DNA of 64,000 nucleotides from Dimorphilus gyrociliatus (taxonomy: Eukaryota; Animalia; Annelida). Location: positions 1,733,643-1,797,642 of the forward strand of contig CAJFCJ010000014.1 in NCBI GenBank assembly GCA_904063045.1, read 5' to 3'. This document shows, piece by piece, positions 25,115-38,600 of the stretch. The notes below the pieces were generated by a model. The model made no database searches. It was not told where the DNA came from and saw nothing but the letters and a program-made list of their open reading frames with translations. Each line of letters opens with the position of its first letter. Positions within the stretch are counted from its first letter, which is position 1. The translations under genes and the position numbers were made by a program.

Positions 25115-26077
25115 TTTTGAGTAGTTAATGAATATTATAAACTGTAATAGTAAAGAAAAATCTCTAATATAATGATAAAAGAAATAAATGAATAAGTTAA
25201 CATAATTACAAGATTAAAGGTAGTTGCAGCTATAGATGAGGAGGAGAAAAAATGAAAAGGATAGATACTAACCTTTGTAGCTCTTGACAACTGTTAGTTA
25301 AATGGACATATGCCTTATGTAAAGTGAAAATACACTAGCACGTATATATACAGACTATATACAGTATATATATACAGTACATATCTTTATATATAGCTTA
25401 TATTTATTTAATATAGATCCCTCTATATATAAATAGTTTCTAGCACATAGTATATATGAAGTTGTAACACTAATCTGCGTCTTTTAAGCCTAACCTTCAA
25501 CTCAAAAAATTACATCCTCATTTCTTTTTTTGTCTACTTCACTTTGTAACAATAGTCTATAGGTTTTAATCTCACTTTCTATTTTTAACAATGATTTATA
25601 TTATATTTATCTATAAAAATGCTGAGATTTCTCGATTTTTACGTGAAATGTTTACCATTTCTTTACTTTTTCGAGCAGTTTTGGCTTTTTTTATCAGTTT
25701 GGTTTGTCTTTCTTAGAAATTGTTCGAAACAGGGTTAAGTTTGTTATTTTTACCTAAATTCTAACCTTTTTCTTTTAAGGTTTAAAGTTTCTTCAGCTAT
25801 TCCTACTTAGATTTCGTAAAAAAATTTTCTGTGGCTTTAGAAAACAGTTTCTCTTTCAATTAAGCATCAGTGGGATGGGAATTAATAAATTATACTTAAA
25901 TTTAGAATAAAATTAATTAATTTAAATAAAAGTTGAGAAATTTCTTACATTAGATGTTGTTTAAAATATATTATATTTTTTTATGCTATTAATAGCGAAT
26001 TATACATAAATATTTGTGTTAACGCCATTAAAAAAATACAAATACGAAAATAACATAGGCGGTAATCAAAAATCAAA

Positions 26078-29000
26078 ATGGCGCTCAAGACAGCAGTCCA
26101 TCAGAGTAAGTTTCTAAGTTTTCTCTGTTGATATTAAGTGTTACTCGATCATTGTCCGTTCAAGTTAATTAATAATTGTATTATAATGAGACTGAACATG
26201 CTTCATATGCGAAAAATTCTTACAAATAAAATTTTTCGTCAGTCCGTGATTTGTCATCACCTGATAATGAAACAATCGTAAAATTTATTAAAATCCAATA
26301 TGCATCAGAGTTAAAATTGTGAAGCATGAAGTTATATTAACGATTTTAAAAATTTGTTTTGTCTGATGGATGAAAACTGAAGGAAATGACAACAAAATAC
26401 TTCATTCTTTTTTCATATCAATCGCAGTAGATTGATGAAGCAAACTAATCAATACATCTTTACAAACGTTAGTTTGACAACATCGACAAATATGTTCATT
26501 TAATTATGATATTATAATCAGAGTAAACCTTGTTGATCATAAGTTTTATCACTTATTCTGGTAATCAATAAGATTGATTTTTTTTGCATTGCAGAGATGA
26601 TGACGGACGTCATCGGAACAATGAAGGGATCGGATTGGAAAGTTTTAATTCTAGATCAGCTTTCCACAAGAATGATATCTGCATGTTCGAAAATGACGGA
26701 AATAATGTCAGCTGGAATAACACGTAAATATATACTGTATACTACTATATATAGATATATGCATATTTTTTTTATGCCCAAGTGCCCATAAATCTTTTTT
26801 TCAAATAAATATTTAATCTCTTCACATTTCCTCTGCAGTTGTTGAAGATATTAACAAGAGAAGAGAGCCATTACCTCAATTGGATGCAATTTACTTAATT
26901 ACACCAACTGAAAAAGTAATTGTCTAATAATATGCAATATATATATACCTTTATTCAATATTATTTAAAGATTATTGAATTATTTTAAAATATTATCCTA
27001 TGTATTTCTATTAATCTATTGAGTTGGTAATTTCGTATTAATAATTAATATTTATTTCAATAAGACGAACCGATATTTAAAAAATTATTATTTAATATTA
27101 TTAAAGAGATAATAACAGTTAAAATTCTTTTTTATAGCGTTATAGCGTTTTTTAATGATATATACGGCTATGGAATATTTGATGATACGTATATTTATTT
27201 TACAGTCTATCCGCTCCATGGTTAACGACTTTGTGGACAGCAATCAACTCTATAAATGTGCTCATATATTTTTCACAGAAGGTAAATATTTATGAAGGAG
27301 TGAATATATGGAATATATTAGCATATATATACTTTTAAGATAATATAATATATTATATCTTTTATTTATAGCTTGTCCGGATGAGCTGTTTAACCAACTC
27401 TGCAATTCTGAAATGGCCAAAAGAAATTTAATCAAAACATGTAAGGAGGTAAACATCGCCTTCCTACCCTACGAAGGACAAGTTTTCTCGCTGGATGCAC
27501 CGGACATATTTGAACTATACTACAGTGGCAATAAAAGTCAAGCAAGAACCATAGTTTTTGAGAGAATAGCCGAGCAAATAGCAACACTCTGCAGCTGCTT
27601 GGGAGAATACCCAGGCGTTAGATACAGGCAGTACGTAATAATAAAATATATTCTTATTATATGGATTATTCTAAATAAATACTAATTTGTTTGTAATGTT
27701 TTTTTAAAGGGAATTCGATAGAAACGGCGAATTTGCTCAGCTAGTTCAGCAGAAATTGGATGCATATAAAGCAGATGATCCATCTATGGGACAAGTAAAT
27801 AATTATTTTACAATTATCTGTTAATTTAAAAATTGAATTTTATGAAAATATTTAGGGTCCACAAAAGGATCGTTCTCAACTCATTATTTTGGATAGAGGA
27901 TTTGATCCAATATCTATGTTTGTCCATGAATTATCTTTCCAAGCTATGGCATATGATTTACTTCCCATTGGTTAGTTAATCCTAAATTCATATATATTGT
28001 ATAAAGAAAATACATTATACTTCTATTGATTTTTTTGTTTTTTTTCTATTTTTATAACGAATTTTGTAAATTTTTAGATAATGACGTTTACAAATACGAA
28101 AGTCAATCCCCGAGTGGTGAAAGTCATGAAAGAGAAGTAATATTGGATGAAAATGATGATATGTGGATGGAGTTGAGACATCAACATATCGCAACTGTTT
28201 CTCAAGCAGTGACAAAGAAGTTGAAAGACTTTAGTCAACAAAAAAGATTTCAACAGGGTAGTAAGGCTCTTATGAGAGACGTCGCCCAAATGATTAAAAA
28301 GATGCCACAATATCAGAAAGAGCTGAATAAATACGCCACCCACTTCCATTTAGCGGAAGACTGCATGAAGCAATTTAAGAACATTGAAGAAATTATTAAA
28401 ATGGAGCAAGATTTAGCCACAGGATTTGATAGTAATGGTGACAGAATTCAAGTCCACAAAGAACCACCAAGACCCATGATAATGCAAATAATGAACCCTA
28501 ACGTCATCCAAAATGATAAAATTCGCTTAATAATGCTTTACATCATTCTTCGGGGAGGTATGAATGAGGAGAATCTCCGAAAGCTATTCGAACACGCTAA
28601 ACTTCCAACGGAAGACATAAACACAATAAAATGTCTGCAAAATCTAAATCTTACTGTAATACAAGAGGGAAATAGACGTACTGTGAAACAGCATTATCAG
28701 GCTGTAAATAGACGAGAAAGAACACATGAACAGCGATTCCAAATGTCTAGATGGGTTCCCTATGTCAAAGACATAATGGAAGAGGCAATCGAAGATAAGC
28801 TAGATCAGAGAAGGTAGAACATAAAATTCTTGCAACAGACAAACTGATACCATTTGTTAATTTATTGTGTCCTTTCAGATTTCCGTTCTTAAGCAGTGGT
28901 CCTCGAAGCATGATGGGCGGCAGTGCTCCAATAAGCGCAAGATATGGAAATTGGCACAATAAAGCACAAACACCAAAGAGCGGTCCTAGATTGATCATCT

Positions 29001-29249
29001 TCATTGTCGGTGGTGTGATGATGAACGAAATGAGATGCGCATACGAAGTTACTAATTACACGGGACGAAATCGTTCTAATTGGGAAGTGATTATTGGTAA
29101 GAAACCCATATCCACTATTTAATTGCACATTATCAATTTTATCTTTTAATATCATCCCAGGCTCTACTCATATAGCAACACCGGCAATGATGCTAGATCA
29201 CCTACGAAATCTCTGGTCGTCGTCAAATGCTGGTGTCTGTACTCCGTAG
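26078..29249 (+). CDS. STXBP1: Syntaxin-binding protein 1 / Munc18 / Unc-18 / Rop (Sec1 family)
   Basis: [115 protein letters not shown]. All introns GT-AG. Confidence 0.97.
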
Positions 29250-29790
29250 GATTCAGGGAAAACATTCTCTTCTGATTAAATATTAAATAGTCTCTTTCTA
29301 GTGCAAATTTCTCTCCACCATTAAACAGTCGTAGAAACAAAATTTTCTTCATTTCGTCACAAGGAACTGAGCTTGTTCTGAAATATGCTAGTCAACAATT
29401 TTTGATTGTAATACTATACTATATTTATATATATATATACATATATATACATATTTGTTTTTTTTGCTTTTCATTCTGAACTTTTAGACCGTTTTCTTAT
29501 TTATCAATGAAAAGTAGAGCTATCCCTGTTCGAACTCTTGCTGTTTGTGGTTATTCATTAATTTTAGACCATTATCTGTTTAACTCTTCAACCACTGAGT
29601 CCGAATTTAACATGACACGATAGATATATATATTCCATTGCTGAAGCTGGTAAACTACATTCCAATTAATACAGTGTAATGGCTTAATAGCTTACAAAAT
29701 AAAGCAGTTTTACATTTAAAAAAAAACAATTACAAAATACGATTTTTTAAGAAAATCAAGTTAAGAAATTAATCTATCTATGTATTTGAA

Positions 29791-31119
29791 TTATTGTTTC
29801 TTTTTGTCCATTGATTCTTTAGCAATACGGTCGACTAAACGTCTAAAGTAGTATAAGTAGCACAAGCTAACTACTCTAACAATAGGTAGCAACACAACTT
29901 GTTGAGCACTTTCCAAAATCGATGTTGAGGGTCCAAATCCGCAAGTCGCGATTTTGGTAAAATAACCGTCGAGACCAATGCTTTGTAGAAATTTTCCCTT
30001 AATGGCAGTTTGGAAAATAGATTTCGCTACTTCGTCAGGCTGAAAAAGTTTAGCAGCCTCCGATATAAGTCGAGTCTCTTCCGGCTAATTATTTTAAAGA
30101 AAAAGCAGGTGTTATTAACTTTATTTATCAACTTTATTTATAAATAGAGTTCACCTTCACTTTATTTTCCTCCTCAAATCCAGGCGTCTCTGTATCAGGC
30201 GGATGAGCTATAGTTATTCTAATATTATACCGATTCAATTCCATTTGTAAACATTCAGCTAATCCTCTCAAAGCAAATTTCGAACCAGAGTAAGCTGTAT
30301 AGCCAAACAATCCAACCTGACCAGCTACTGATGAAACGAAAACAATTCGACCGTTATCTACCTTTTTAATTGATGGCAGCGCTGCACGAGTAACTTTAAC
30401 ACTTCCCATATAGTTTATATCCATTAAACTCTGAAAAATAAAATAGTTATACTGTAATTTAATTCAGTATTTTTTCTTTAAAAACCTTAAAATATGAAAA
30501 TTCCAACGAATCAAAACGACCAGAAGTCGACGTTCCTGCACAATTAATTAACATGGAAATATTACCCATTTTTTTCACAGAATCTTCAACACATCTTTCA
30601 ATTTGGTCGTAATCATCAGTTATATCACACAAAACGCAGAGAATATTCTGTTTTATTCATAAAATAACTTAATTAATTCAAATTGATCACATTAAATGTC
30701 CTACAAGTTTATCTGATTTAGCTGCTTTCTCACACATTGTTTTCGTTTCTGAAAGCCTCGCCTATTTTTAAAAAGGGAAAGATATCAATTAATAATTTTC
30801 CAATATGAATAACTTCTATTTTAAAAGCTTTTAATACCTCATTTCTTGCTAAAAGTGTTAAATGAGCCCCTGATTTTGCTGCTTCAATCGCAAGTGACCT
30901 TCCGATACCGCTGGATGCGCCTGTAATCTAAAACAGGTGAAGCCGAAATTATGACTGATGTCTTTTTTTAAAATATTATTTTTTTAAAGTATAGAAAATA
31001 ACCAGAATATGAGCATTTTTTGGATTGAACTTCTTAGGAGATATTAATCTATCAATGACGTACATAAGAACAACCAAAGCCGCCGGAGAGGCAATACATA
31101 TTAGTAGAAAAGTCGTCAT
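29791..31119 (-). CDS. KDSR: 3-ketodihydrosphingosine reductase (SDR family)
   Basis: N-terminal [69 protein letters not shown]|PEETRLIS, C-terminal hydrophobic helix. Confidence 0.95.
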
Positions 31120-31175
31120 ATTTCAGTTGAACTTTAACTCACTGTTTATGGCATGAGAACCTTTTCTAGAGGTAT

Positions 31176-31568
31176 TGGGACTTACTAAAACTGGACAGTA
31201 ATTTTCCAACATACTGAATGAAACTTTTTATACTAAGCTTTTAATAAAAAACCCTGTTGTAACTATTTGCCAATTTTTGCAATGGTCCCTCTCATATTTT
31301 TTTCTATATATAAATTCAGCAAAGATACCTTGGCTGGCGCCTAACAGCCTGCATTTCTTTCTCAGGCGCTGTACTCGAATTGTGTAATAATATAATTATA
31401 CTATTTGTAAGGTAAAACATGGAAGAAATAATTAAATTAGTTATTACAACATAAAGTGTTCAAGTTCTATGTAATTTTCATTTTTGAGTCAAAGTTATAT
31501 TATTTTTAAATATTTAAATATTTTAGTATTTCCTCAGTAAAATGATAATCCTGTTTTAGTAAGTCCCA
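31176..31568. mobile_element. Possible MITE-like fold-back element with 20-bp inverted ends
   Basis: TGGGACTTACTAAAACTGGA (31176-31195) versus TCCTGTTTTAGTAAGTCCCA (31549-31568) match 19/20 as reverse complements. No clean TSD. Confidence 0.45.
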
Positions 31569-31714
31569 GTGTTATAGCTACACTACTAGCGTCCTCTTAC
31601 GAAAGTGATATAAACTGGAAAAAAATAATAATATATGAATAATAGATTGAATGTGAATTTTATTTAAAGAAGAAATATTTCAATTTTGAACGTTCCGAGA
31701 ATCCATTGGAAAAT

Positions 31715-32809
31715 TTAAACTTTTTTTCTTTTAGGTAAAACTGTTTCAAAAGCTTCTTTCCAATCATTTTGTTCACTAAACTTTAACAAAATATCAAAAA
31801 CATGGTTAACCGCTAGAACTTTTCTTTGACACATTTGTATATATTTTCCTATTGGTAGCTGTGCATGAGAAATACCTCGTTCTTCGGCTAACTTTAAGCA
31901 AAGTCCTTTTGAATGATTGTGATCGACCAGACCTCCTATTATATAAACCTTATCCACTTCAAGAGTATTTAAAACATTTTCCGAATCACTACTTAGGTAA
32001 ACAATTGATTTTTTATCAAATTCCTCGTAATAAGGTTTGTCTAAGAAAACAATGTCCCAATTGTCCGAGCCTTTAATTTGAAGTTGATTTAAAAGTTCAC
32101 CGCTCGCATTGCATATGTGTAATTGTAGAGGTGACGGAGCTCTTCTATTCACGGCGTAAGAGTTTTGTATTTGCTTTGATAAGCAACCAATATCCTGGAA
32201 GGCAAAATGTTAATAAAAGAAAGAATATTTTTTCTTCAACAATAAGCAAACCTTTTCATTCATTAAATCGTTGAATCCACAGTCCATAACAACACGAATC
32301 TGGCAAGAGGATTCTTTCATTTTCCTCTTCTTGAGACTTTTTCTGGATGGTGGTACTTCAAGACCCTTTTCCAAACATTCTTTCCTTCTTTCTTTTTTCC
32401 TCAATTTTTCCTGTTGTCTATTCAATGAAAATAGCTTTTTACTTTATTTTTAATAAAATCTATTAACAATTAATCTATTGAACAGGAATATAAATATTCT
32501 ATAGATTTCTTTAAAAAATACGACTTTAATAGCGCTTCTCTGTCTATTTATCCGTTAATAAAAGTATTGGTTGAGACACAAATATAGATTATAGAATAAA
32601 TTCTTACACTGTAAATCTTAATGGTAAATGAAAAACTCAAACCTTTTTTCTGATCTGAATGCCATTCTTTTTTCGTATTTAGCAAGCTTTTTCTGCTGTT
32701 TTTTTGATAATGTAGGCTCAATTTTATCTGCATTATCGCTCTCATCCTGTTTTCCTGCTTTTTCGTCAATCTTCTCAGGTTCATAATCCTTATTAGCAGT
32801 TTCTTCCAT
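31715..32809 (-). CDS. TRMT10A: tRNA (guanine-9 N1)-methyltransferase A, 3 exons
   Basis: LSKKQQKKL, RVVMDCGFNDLM, IVYLSSDSENVL, YIIGGLVDHNH, AQLPI, KVLAVNHVFDIL, WKEAF..VLPKRK: SPOUT Trm10 motifs. Confidence 0.95.
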
Positions 32810-33391
32810 ATCAATTTATAAATGTATCAAAAAATTTTGCAGGAACCGAACGATACTAATAATAAAAGTTACAATTTATATTTGCAATATCTCTTGCAGT
32901 TGACACATGCAGGAAACTGGTATTAAATAGTAAACACAACTTTAAAACTTAAAGAAAGCCAATCATTTATTCTTATTTCTCATAGTTTATTTAAAGTAAT
33001 CTCTCCGGAATGAACGTGAAATTGTTTATCCTTTATATATAAAAGAATGACGAAACAGCAGGCAATGATAATAATACCACATTATTCATACAAAACACAA
33101 GAATTTAAGAATTAATCATGTATTCAACAAAAATGAAATTTGCTTATTTTCTCTTTATAAATATTTAAAGCTAAAGAACATTTGTCCTAAGTTTCAAAAG
33201 TTTACTGTGTTTATGCAAAAATGTGCATATACATATGTCTATTAAAGAGGCACGAGAGGTTTTGTGAATTTTTTTGTAGTTGATTTTTGAAAGGTAATTT
33301 TAAATGGCGCTGAGCACATCCCGTCAAAATATTTAATTATTACACACCACTATAACAAGGAAATAATCGTCCTAGAAAATATTGTCAGAAA

Positions 33392-34268
33392 CTATAATTC
33401 ATCATGGTGATGAGTTTCTGTTGATTTTTGCCAGTTTGAAGTATCTGAGGGCTTGATGTAAACGCCTTCGGCGACTTTCCATGCATTTTTAGAACTTATT
33501 CCATGAGCTGCGCTAACTTCCATTTGCCCTTTGATTGGACGACCATAAGTTTCTCCACTTATATGCAAATATCCAGAAGTTACAACGTGTTTCAGGCGTA
33601 TTTCCTCATCTCTCCTCCAAGAAGTTTCATCACATTGTACGTTCCAATTGTCACCTAAAAAAGTTTTTCACACGTTAAAGACTTATTAAAAAGAATAAAT
33701 AGATGAAGTTTTATAAAATTTTTACCATCATCTCCTACACCCGCTTCTCCAAATGCTGATACCTCGTAGTTGTTCGAAAGGGGTGATTGGAAATGATGAC
33801 TATGTAAATTTCTTCCAGTATTCATATGAGTAAGACGAATAGTTTGTCCACACTTGATTGGTGTTCCTCGCACACAGTCCGACTTGGCTTTTCCTTTTAT
33901 TCTCCAGTAGCTGTTGTTATCCTCTGATGCATGAACTGCCGTTACAGATTGCTGTTGGCTTCCTGATCCATATTTGACATCATGAGAATGTAGTCTTGTA
34001 CCATAGTTAACATTTTTCAATTTTATCATAGATCCACAAGTCACGTATTCATACTGCATTCCTGTTTTCAAAACCGAACGGCTATAAAGATACGCACGAA
34101 AATAGGGTATATTTGATACAGAGCTCAATTCAAACAATTAATAACAACAGTAAAGCTTATGAACTTTTCCCTATTAATTGAAGAACTTAAGTACTTACGT
34201 CCCTCTACTTTATTGGTAATTAAGTAGACAACAAACAAGAAAAAGCAGGAAAAAAGATAAGTATTCAT
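33392..34268 (-). CDS. SDF2: Stromal cell-derived factor 2 (-like), MIR-domain ER protein, 3 exons
   Basis: Signal peptide exon, VTCGS.IKL, RLHSHDVKYGSGSQQQSVT, CGQTIRLTHMNTGRNLHSH, EVSAFG, GRPIKGQMEV, C-terminal HDEL. Confidence 0.95.
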
Positions 34269-35241
34269 TTTAACAACCGACCATTCAGCGGGCTACACGT
34301 TTACAAGTAGGCCTATATGATATAAAATTAAATATTCTCATCAACAGTTTATTACAGGAGATACATGTTATTTTTTTAACCTACGTAATTCCATTAGTTA
34401 CACACATGACATGTCAGTTAACTTATATTTATCAATTATTCTTGCTATTCAAATACTCTCTGCCTTTATGAGTGATTTTATACAAAGACTTTTCTGCGTT
34501 CCTAGAACTGGTTAACATACAGCGAATAAAATTTCTGAATAAATAGATTATCATATGTTGTTTGGTAAGAGTAAAGATAATTCAATATGCGCAGGTTAAG
34601 AGGATATTGCGAAATTTCTGATAGTCTTCGAGCAACTTTAGGGAGAGCATAACTTCCGCTCTGAATTACTTATATCTATATATATTTATTAGTATATATA
34701 TATATAAAGAGAAAATTATTAGTATTGCTTCTAAAGGATTGCAGAATATTCTTGAACATTCATCGATATTTATCGAATTTCCAATGTTTCAACGCGCTGT
34801 AAATTGACAACAATAAAATAAATTGCGTTGGTAAGTTCTAACGTTAGTTTCAAGGTAATGAATAATATATGAACCATAATTTTTTGAATAACAATATATT
34901 ATTTGTTGTATAACCATGATTAAACATAGGAAGGTATTTTTAAAATATGCTGTATCATAATAAAATTTAAAAACAGCTAGTTGATGTATCGAAAAGTTAA
35001 AAAAATTTAAGAATTATTGGCTTCCTCATTGTAAAAAGATTTGAGTGTATTATCTATTTTCGTCATATAACAGAAAACAGTATAAAACATTAACAGTGTT
35101 TAGTTACATTATGTAACTATTAAGGGTGGTCTGCTTGAGTTCTTTCTTTGTTGTTTTGTTGGACGCCATATTTAACTGACTGTTTTATTTACCTATTACG
35201 CTGTTTTGTCGATTGCTGCGAGCCTGTGGCGCTAGAGACTG

Positions 35242-35249
35242 TGACGTCA
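35242..35249. promoter_or_regulatory. Palindromic CRE (TGACGTCA) in the HECTD1 5' region
   Basis: Exact match in the GC-richer patch between the divergent SDF2 and HECTD1 genes; function not demonstrable from sequence. Confidence 0.4.
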
Positions 35250-35664
35250 TCTCTCATTCTTCTGCTTGATATTCGCTAGTATATTTTCACTTTCTTCAAT
35301 TTCTGCAGATTTTCCAACAAATTTTAAATCTTTTTCTGTATTAATTTACCCATCAATTACGTAACAACATACTGGATGTATTCAACTCATAAATCATAGC
35401 AACTCTAACTAATTTATAGGTACCTTCTTTTTCATTCAAACACCTCTGTTTTTAAGGATGAATATAATATTTTTGAGAGGTTAAATGAATACTTCAGCCT
35501 AGATGTCTTAGTTTTTTTGACGATCACAACATGTATGATTATAGGAATAACGGATTGACTATAAGCAATGATTGTGGATAATAGTTCAACTTTCTTTATA
35601 CAGGGAAAAATATTCAGGTATCGTCAAGCGTGTGAGAAAACGGAGTATACATTATCCATCAAAC

Positions 35665-38600
35665 ATGGATATCGTGGATACAGCTTCGCTATTCGAATAT
35701 ATCCAAGTTGGACAAGGAGAAGAGAGAGACATGCAGTCCTATGGTTTGGAACAGTTGTGCATGTTGCTATTAATGGCTGATAATGTCGACAGGGTTTTCG
35801 AAAAGTAAGAGCATTACTATTGATTTTCTATCATTTCAGAGAAAATTTTACGCATATAGTTCTCAGCATTTAAAGATTAATTAAAAATATAATCCTTTAA
35901 CGTTGTTTTCTTCATATTAACTTCTGAGTCACTGCCTTCTGGAGCTTTGCTATACTACTCTTCAGTATGATTATTGATCTCAGTTTATTACTGCTGAATA
36001 TTTGACCGCTGCATTTCCGATTTTAAACGGATTGCATGTAAACAACCGTTTGCGTCTGTTCTACACTTTGTCTGTGTTTTTTGACCTGAGTTATGTTTAC
36101 TATATATTGCCCTAAATTCTAGACCAGCGTCTTTGTAATTTAATTAACAGATAGTATTTTGGGATTTTCATTGAAAACAGTTAGGTGTTACATCTTACTT
36201 GAAAATAGTAATAAGTATTTAGCGTAGGTGTCAATTTACTCGTTCATAAGGATGTTATTCAATTATATATGTAATAGAAAAAGAAGTTAAAAATATTTAG
36301 CGAGAATATTTACCCTAAATAGCTTATACTCGAACAATATTTGTATAAAATTAAAGAAAAAGGCTACCCTTTATATTTACAAAACAAAACTAAGATAAAC
36401 AGATGTCCCAATTGAAATTTGACCCTGAATGTGAATATCTACAATCTGGATATGTTCACAGTCTACTATTCAAAGTTCGATTTAGTTGAAAGTTTAATTA
36501 ACGCTTATAATTTATTTGTATTTAGATTAGAATGCCAATTCCATTAGGGTTAGTAACTAAACCCCTTAAAATAGCTACCCTAACAAAGTAAAGCACTAAT
36601 CCGTAAATTCTGGTTTGTTTTACAGAAATTTAAATGTTCTCAGTTTTAAAAATTCCTAGATTCATATAAAAGGTTAAATATTAGACTTGGTTTACGAATT
36701 TTATTTTTTGATTTTAGCTCTTTGTTTTTATATAATACTATTCGAGATACCAAATTTCCTTTTTAAACAATCTGGGCCACCTCCAAAGCTTATTAACGAA
36801 AATAAATAAGCGTACAACAATAAACAATGAAAAGAATTGATTTTTCCATTCCATTTGATTGTTCGTTTCAAAACCATTGAAGTTTTTAACTTTTAGCATT
36901 ATGAACTTATCTTTAAGTATTTTATTAGCTTTTAATTTTAAATATTCCTTCTTTTACTTTTCAGAGTACCACCACGTCAATTCATACCTCCGCTATGCAA
37001 CATCTTCTTAGACGAAACAGCACCCGATAGTATATTGGAAATAGCAGCGAGAGCTCTAACCTATTTTTTGGATATATCTCAAGAATGTACAAAACGCATA
37101 ACACAAGTACAAGGAGCCGTTAAAGCTATATGTAATCGATTAGTCGTCGTTGAAATTAGTGAACGGATCAGTAAAGACTTAGTGGAACAGTGTATAAAAG
37201 TTTTGGAACATATTTGTGTTAGAGAATGTGGAGCCGTTTTTGAGGCAGGAGGTTTGAATTGCGTGCTAACTTTTATCAGAGAGTATGGGAGTCAGGTGAG
37301 ATATTTTAATGCTTCAAATGTGTTTATTTAACGTTTATAAAAAATATAACAAAATGGACATTTAAAGAGATTCTCTCAAACAATAATTATGCTATCAATT
37401 ACTATTAAAGAATAACACAGTGTGGCTCGAAAGAGGTTATTAAAACAATCAAGTCAACCTAATGTGCAAAGATTTTCTAGTACAAACTACACTCCCTTTC
37501 ACCACGGAGATAACCTTGACTTATCAATTGAAACCTCAATTAAAATCGACCAGACTAAAATTTAACATAATTATATGGAATATAATATTATATGTATATA
37601 TATATATATATATATGAAATCGAGTGACCTGGAAACTTTATTGATTTTAGATATAGTTCCATTATTGTAGTCTTGATAATTTGCAAATTACTTTTAATCA
37701 TACAAAACTATTAAAACAGTCTTTATCAAGCAAGAACATCTAACATTATAACTAAATCTTTTTACGCATTTCACCTAAAGGTCTATAAAGACACATTGAA
37801 CTCCGCTATGAATGTTGTTTCACGTCTATGCACCAAAATGGAAGCTCAGGACAACTCATTAGAATGCTGTGTCGACAATTTATCAGTACTATTGAAACAT
37901 GATGATGCGATGGTTTCTGACGGTGCACTGCGTTGTTTCGCATCTTTAGCCGATAGATTTGCTCGAAGAGATGTTGACCCTGCCCCGTTAGCTGCCAAAG
38001 GCCTAAAGGATTACCTTGTATCAAAATTATCAAATTGTGGTAAAGGTCATCATCTTCCATTATCAACCGCTCCATCAGGCTTAGGGGGCTCAACTTCAGA
38101 CAATTCAAAAAACTCCTCAATCTCAACTGTCATATCTCTCTTATCAACTCTATGCAGAGGATCCCCAAAAATTACTCACGACTTGGTTCGATCTGAGTTG
38201 TTGGATGCTATCGAGGTAAACAAAATTTCCTAATAAATTGTTTGACTATAGCTTTCTTTTTTCTCTTGAAGAATGCTTTAAAAGCGGGAGAGAGAACATT
38301 TTTAGACACTCAACGCTTAGTTGACCTTTTGCTAGTTCTTTTATTCGAGGGGAGAACCGCCCTGCCAAAAGCGGCTGCCTCTCAACTTTCCAATATGCGC
38401 AGAATGGATAGCTCCAGTGAGCGTTCTCATCGCCAACTCATTGATTGTATCCGAAGCAAGGACACTGAAGCTCTGGTCGAAGCAATAGAAACGGGTAGTT
38501 TTGAGGTCAATTTTATGGATGATGTTGGTCAAACCCTCTTAAATTGGGCTTCTGCTTTCGGAACACAGGAGATGGTATGTATACTAAAATAACAAACATG

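Noticed and set aside
31332-31371. HDV-like ribozyme or pseudoknot (GGCTG/CAGCC and GCGCCT/AGGCGC)
   Set aside because: No room for P3/P1.1/P4, zero-length loop 1; short stems could be chance.
35568-35780. 70-aa uORF overlapping the HECTD1 start
   Set aside because: Its ATG appears to lie in the intron upstream of the acceptor near 35601.
35967-36089. C/D snoRNA-like boxes in HECTD1 intron 1
   Set aside because: Imperfect C box (ATGATTA) and no rRNA complementarity that I could recognise.
36543-36585. Telomere-like TTAGGGTTAG
   Set aside because: Fewer than two repeat units; chance.
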